40,291 nt of DNA from Poseidonia sp. (GTDB taxonomy: Archaea; Thermoplasmatota; Poseidoniia; Poseidoniales; Poseidoniaceae), in assembly GCA_023254355.1 (NCBI GenBank), contig JALRLR010000003.1, positions 1-40,291 of the forward strand, read 5' to 3'. Numbering within the stretch: the first letter of the stretch is position 1; each line of letters starts with the position of its first letter. Position numbers and translations under genes: made by a program. A model generated the notes under the pieces. The model was given only the letters and a program-made list of their open reading frames with translations. It ran no database searches and had not been told where the DNA came from. Below, piece after piece: positions 36,396 through 40,291 of this stretch.

Positions 36396-36806
36396 TCACA
36401 ACTTCAAATCTTTGAGGTTGTTGACCAATTGGACGGCCTCTTGGTAATCCCCCGGTGAGAAATACCCGATGAATTCGTCGTTGTCATCCACCGCCACGAC
36501 CGCTTGTGGACTTCGCTGCTGAACTTGGGCCAGCACGGTTTTGAGGTCGTTTTCCAATCGAACGGTCATCAAGTCCATCTCCATGTGCTCATGGCATTTT
36601 GCTGACGTGCCGTCAACGCCATCGGCGACTGCTTTGACCAATTGACGCTGGCCGATGACCCCTTTGACACGGTGGTCATCGCTCAAAACGACGAGGATGC
36701 CGCCCGGAACCGTGAGGAGTCGCTGTGCTGCTTCTTGAAGCGAGTCATCCGTCCCAATCGTCATGTGTTCGTCGTCAAGCGTTAGGTCCCGCACGGTCTT
36801 GCCCAT
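36396..36806 (-). CDS. CBS-pair domain protein, 136 aa
   Basis: KTVRDL...DSLQEAAQRL...LVVL..D.RVKGVI and VVAVDDNDEFIGYFS..D form tandem CBS motifs. ATG 36806 avoids overlap with gltX. Confidence 0.85.
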   Translation of the reverse strand: MGKTVRDLTLDDEHMTIGTDDSLQEAAQRLLTVPGGILVVLSDDHRVKGVIGQRQLVKAVADGVDGTSAKCHEHMEMDLMTVRLENDLKTVLAQVQQRSPQAVVAVDDNDEFIGYFSPGDYQEAVQLVNNLKDLKL

Positions 36807-36843
36807 GTTCCGTGAGCCGACGGGCCACCTTAGGAGGTTTTCC

Positions 36844-38571
36844 TCAAGGCGTTTCGCTTTCTTCATGGCAAAGAACGAGGGTTTCGCTGTCCAAGACCAT
36901 GGCGTAACCGATGCGCTCGAGTTGCACCACCGTCCCGGTTGGATGGTTGTGTTGTTCAAGTTGTCCACGGTGGCGAATCAATTCGTTGTTCTTGGTTTCA
37001 AGAAGCACCGCTTCTTGGCTGTTGATGGCTGGGAGCCAGTGGACGATGGGCCGTTGGTCGCTTCTCGAGAGCCCTTGGACCTCAGCGTTGGTGTCGTTGA
37101 GGGCAACATCGGCAAACTCCTTGAGGCGGAGGTCCATGTGGTCCAAATCCTCGCTCTCGAGCCAAACCTTTCCTTCCTTGAGGTTCCATGCCCGAATTCC
37201 CATGGCATCATCGTTGGGATGGACGGCGAGCTCAAGCGATGAAGGATGTTCGCCAACCAAGGAGAAGGCAATGGGTTCACGGACAAATGAAAGGCGAGGC
37301 GCACCGGCATCCACCGCCTTGGTGTTGTGCGAATACAAGGTGGCCAGCGGAACGGAGATGTCCTTCTGCGTGACACCCAATTCAATCCAGAAATCCCGCA
37401 ACGCCTCGGCCTTGATGCCACGGTCCCGCAACCCAGCAAGCGTTGGTAGCCTTGGGTCGTTCCAACCGTCGTAGCGTCCATCTTCGATGTCTTTTCGCAT
37501 TTGTGAGGTGGAGAATCCTCCCCATTCGTGCACTTTCACTCGTCCCCAATAAACGGTTTCGGGGTAGGTCCAGCCGAAATGCTCGTACAGCAGGGTCTGC
37601 TTTCGAGTGGAGTCCATCAAATCCTTGCCCCGAATGATGTGCGTCACGCCTTGGAGGTGGTCTTCCACGGCACTTTGGAAATCCAAAAGCGGCCACACCA
37701 CGTAGGTGGATCCAATTTCCGGGCGTGGGTGTGGATGAGATTTCGTGTCCTGAAGGCGCAGGGCTGGCCAGTCCCTGAGGGCTGGATTCTTGAGGGTCAT
37801 GTCCGTTTTCACTCGCACAACGACCTCGCCGGGTTTGAAACTCCCCTTCAGCATGGATTTCCAAAGGGCCTGGTTATCAGCGATGGATTGGGACCGACAG
37901 GGGCAATTGGTTTGTCCGATGCGGTGTTCTTTGAACGCGTCTGCGCTGCATCGACACACATAGCCGAAGCCTTCGTCCAGCATGCGCTGAGCATGTTCGT
38001 AATAGTGTTCCATTCGGTCCGATGCCACCACCACACGGTCAGGCGCTCTTCCCGTGAGCCAGGTGGCTTCCTCAACGATCTGGTCGTAGGCTTCCAGAAG
38101 GGGAGGTTTTACTTTCGTGTCCGTATCATCAAATCGAAGGATGAACACGCCGTCATACATCTCCCGGTACCGGTTGTTAATCACCAATCCACGGGCGTGA
38201 CCAAAGGACAGAGGACCGTTGGGGTTGGGGGCAAATCGGAGGACGACTTCGCCCTTCGAAGCGTTGGTCAACTCGGGCAACCCCTCCCGGCGAGCTTTGG
38301 TTTCTCGTTTTTCAAGCAACTCGGGGGCTTCCGCTTCGAGCACTTTCCGAAGACGGTCAAGTCCGTGTTCCTTCGCCATTTGGTTGGCAGCGTTCACTTC
38401 CTGGGCTACCAGGCCGGTGACGGCTTTTCCGTGCTGTTTGAGGTCATCTCGCATCGCCATGATTCGACCGATGACGGAACCAACCGCCGCTTTCCCTTCG
38501 TATTCAAGGGCATTTTGGATGGCCACATGACGAATCATGGATTGAGTAACTTCGTCGGGTGTCCAGTCCAT
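36844..38571 (-). CDS. gltX: Glutamyl-tRNA synthetase (archaeal type), 575 aa
   Basis: RFAPNPNGPLSFGHAR (HIGH variant), RFDDTD, THIIRGKDL, FSTS (KMSKS equivalent), WNDPRLPTL and QLERIGY. Confidence 0.97.
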   Translation of the reverse strand: MDWTPDEVTQSMIRHVAIQNALEYEGKAAVGSVIGRIMAMRDDLKQHGKAVTGLVAQEVNAANQMAKEHGLDRLRKVLEAEAPELLEKRETKARREGLPELTNASKGEVVLRFAPNPNGPLSFGHARGLVINNRYREMYDGVFILRFDDTDTKVKPPLLEAYDQIVEEATWLTGRAPDRVVVASDRMEHYYEHAQRMLDEGFGYVCRCSADAFKEHRIGQTNCPCRSQSIADNQALWKSMLKGSFKPGEVVVRVKTDMTLKNPALRDWPALRLQDTKSHPHPRPEIGSTYVVWPLLDFQSAVEDHLQGVTHIIRGKDLMDSTRKQTLLYEHFGWTYPETVYWGRVKVHEWGGFSTSQMRKDIEDGRYDGWNDPRLPTLAGLRDRGIKAEALRDFWIELGVTQKDISVPLATLYSHNTKAVDAGAPRLSFVREPIAFSLVGEHPSSLELAVHPNDDAMGIRAWNLKEGKVWLESEDLDHMDLRLKEFADVALNDTNAEVQGLSRSDQRPIVHWLPAINSQEAVLLETKNNELIRHRGQLEQHNHPTGTVVQLERIGYAMVLDSETLVLCHEESETP

Positions 38572-38619
38572 GTCGCTCGCTCCGTCGGTCTGCTCGCTCC
38601 TTCAAGAAATGCATGGCGG

Positions 38620-39345
38620 TCAGGGTTGAAACAACGTTTGCTGGACGCCCCGTCGTTGCCCACGCACGGGCACCTCTCCGGTGCGCTGGGCTCGCCAAAA
38701 CTTCTGAACGGTTGCCCATCCCCATCGCACGTCCTCGTCAATGCCCTCTTGCCTGCAGAGGTGTGGCAAGGCCTCCTTGGTGGCGGGGTCGCTGGGATAG
38801 CCTGAGCCGACGGGCACACCCACGCGCTCTTCCATGACTCGTATTCGCCGGTCACGTTCTTCCTTCGCGAGGATGCTGGCCATTCCGACGGCAGGGTGGT
38901 TGAGGTCAGCTTTGTGTTCCGAGCGTATGCGGCTCTCGGGCCACGGCCAATCGGAAATCTTCAGGGTGATGCGCTGGCCGAAGCGTTCGGCGTTAACATC
39001 GCACGCATCAACGACGATGTCGCAGTTCGTCTTGTTGGGCGTCAAGGCCAAGGCCTCGTGAAAGCCTTCAACCTCAAGGAGGTTCAGCCCCTGGTTTTGG
39101 AGGGCCAAATCGATGCGTTGTGCAGGGAAAATGACGGTTGCACCAAACCATCCCTCTTGTTGGCATTGGTCCCAAAACCAATCCTCCAGTTGGCAGCGTT
39201 TGGCCGGGGAGAGGTCCTTCGAGTCTCGGACGCCTTGGTCCACCAATTCGGAAAGGGCGTTCTCCGGTACCGCGCAGATGCCGAACACCAACGGGCCAAG
39301 GACCGGGCCCCGTCCTGCTTCGTCCACCCCAACGCTCCAGCGCAT
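38620..39345 (-). CDS. rnhB: Ribonuclease HII, ~241 aa
   Basis: GVDEAGRGPVLGPLV, VRDSKDL, EHKAD, ASILAK, GSGYPSDP. C-terminal QQTLF is a PIP-like motif. Confidence 0.96.
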   Translation of the reverse strand: MRWSVGVDEAGRGPVLGPLVFGICAVPENALSELVDQGVRDSKDLSPAKRCQLEDWFWDQCQQEGWFGATVIFPAQRIDLALQNQGLNLLEVEGFHEALALTPNKTNCDIVVDACDVNAERFGQRITLKISDWPWPESRIRSEHKADLNHPAVGMASILAKEERDRRIRVMEERVGVPVGSGYPSDPATKEALPHLCRQEGIDEDVRWGWATVQKFWRAQRTGEVPVRGQRRGVQQTLFQP

Positions 39346-39347
39346 GG

Positions 39348-40291
39348 TCAAAACTCCAAGTCATCAACCGGTGAAGGTCGAGGTGCCGCTTTGGGTGTTC
39401 GCTCCGTGGGCGTTGCTTCGCTCGTCGCCGATGTTTGAACCGCTGGCTCTGGTTCCAAGACGGCGGGAGGGGAAGCGATCTCGTTCCGTTGCAGGGCCGC
39501 CAGCATGTCATCTGCATGGGCCTTGTTTCGCTCCTCTGTTCGCTGGTCCAAGACGATGGTAGCGGCGTTCACCAAGCCCGGTTCGACCGGAGATTGGGCC
39601 TGGGCGGGCTGACCGTGCGCATGCCTGAACATCGCTTCGTACGTTTCTTTGGGAACGGCTTGGAGGGGTTCGGTTCGGACCGGTTCAACCGCCTCTGGTT
39701 CTTTTTCAAACTGTTTCATCCAGTCATCGGCCGTTGAAGTTTCTTGATACGGAAGGACCTGTTGGTGCTCGAGTCGGCGTTCACGGTCGACCACCGCCTT
39801 GTAGATGACCAACCCCGCAAACGCAATCGCCAGCAAAACCCCCGACCAGGCTTTGAGGTAAGCCACGGCCGTCGCAGCCATTTCTCCCCAAGCCACCCCT
39901 TGGTCTTCGTCAGGTTGGGGCTGCCATGGTTGGCCAAGGTAATCACCGGTCGAGGTGTGGACAAAGGGTAATTCAGGTGCAAAGCGGGAACGAATGGTGG
40001 TGTTCACGAACACGGTGCCGTTGTTGGGCTGGTCCTGGGGTAATTGGACCCACGCGCGGATGGTGAAGTTGGAATTCAACGGGATATCGTTGATTTCAAA
40101 CGAGCGCGGATATTGCAAACCCTCCTCATAGACGGCGTTATCCGGAGGGATGAATCCCATGTCAACCAAGTGACTGGATTGGAGTTGCACAATCAATCCA
40201 TCCACCGCATTGCCTTCGTTTCTCACCTCCATGGCGATGTTGAGCCGACCCTTGGCATCCACCTGTTCTTCCACGTTTCTGAAGGTCCACT
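39348..40291 (-). CDS. C-terminal part of a membrane-anchored surface protein (runs off the window edge)
   Basis: The frame is open to the window end (WTFRNVEEQV...). CARDB/Ig-like VRNEGNAVD strand, TM GVLLAIAFAGLVIYKAV, Pro/Glu-rich tail ending DDLEF. Confidence 0.75.
   Translation of the reverse strand, partial: WTFRNVEEQVDAKGRLNIAMEVRNEGNAVDGLIVQLQSSHLVDMGFIPPDNAVYEEGLQYPRSFEINDIPLNSNFTIRAWVQLPQDQPNNGTVFVNTTIRSRFAPELPFVHTSTGDYLGQPWQPQPDEDQGVAWGEMAATAVAYLKAWSGVLLAIAFAGLVIYKAVVDRERRLEHQQVLPYQETSTADDWMKQFEKEPEAVEPVRTEPLQAVPKETYEAMFRHAHGQPAQAQSPVEPGLVNAATIVLDQRTEERNKAHADDMLAALQRNEIASPPAVLEPEPAVQTSATSEATPTERTPKAAPRPSPVDDLEF

Noticed and set aside
36807-36968. N-terminal extension of the CBS ORF (190-aa call)
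   Set aside because: It overlaps the gltX 3' end, and the CBS pair begins at ATG 36806.
38190-38245. HIGH motif of GluRS reads SFGH
   Set aside because: The first two HIGH positions are known to vary in archaeal GluRS. All other motifs are intact, so this is not evidence of inactivation.
37528-38805. 425-aa plus-strand ORF antisense to gltX/rnhB
   Set aside because: Shadow ORF on the opposite strand of well-supported genes. It has no recognisable motifs, and such ORFs are expected from GC-rich codon bias.
1-40291. tRNA/rRNA genes, IS elements, integrases, proviral genes
   Set aside because: Spacers are too short or lack cloverleaf features, no transposase or integrase motifs appear in any ORF, and no obvious compositional break was seen by eye.

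Overview
A gene-dense archaeal chromosomal segment with about 26 CDS. I found no tRNA, rRNA, CRISPR array or mobile element. Archaeal-type rps15 (uS15), gltX, rnhB and archaeosine synthase ArcS, a bacterial-type dnaJ, class III (pilin) signal peptides and very large acidic surface proteins with Pro-rich, Trp-containing tails point to Marine Group II archaea (Ca. Poseidoniales, Thermoplasmatota); this assignment is an inference. The first ~22 kb is a cell-surface block. It holds a 5'-truncated beta-helix/Ig-like membrane-anchored protein, a wHTH-STAND ATPase-TPR protein, and a minus-strand operon (YycJ-like metallo-beta-lactamase plus three type IV pilin-like genes). That operon diverges across a palindrome-rich intergenic region from a 1915-aa Ca-binding repeat protein and a 1813-aa anchored surface protein. 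The remaining ~18 kb is housekeeping and hypothetical genes, including a pyroglutamyl-peptidase-Nudix fusion, a probably inactivated DHH/RecJ-like protein behind rps15 and a lipoprotein metalloprotease. A non-canonical TTGAAG-like element recurs ~29 nt before several start codons. All calls come from motif reading alone; no database searches were run.
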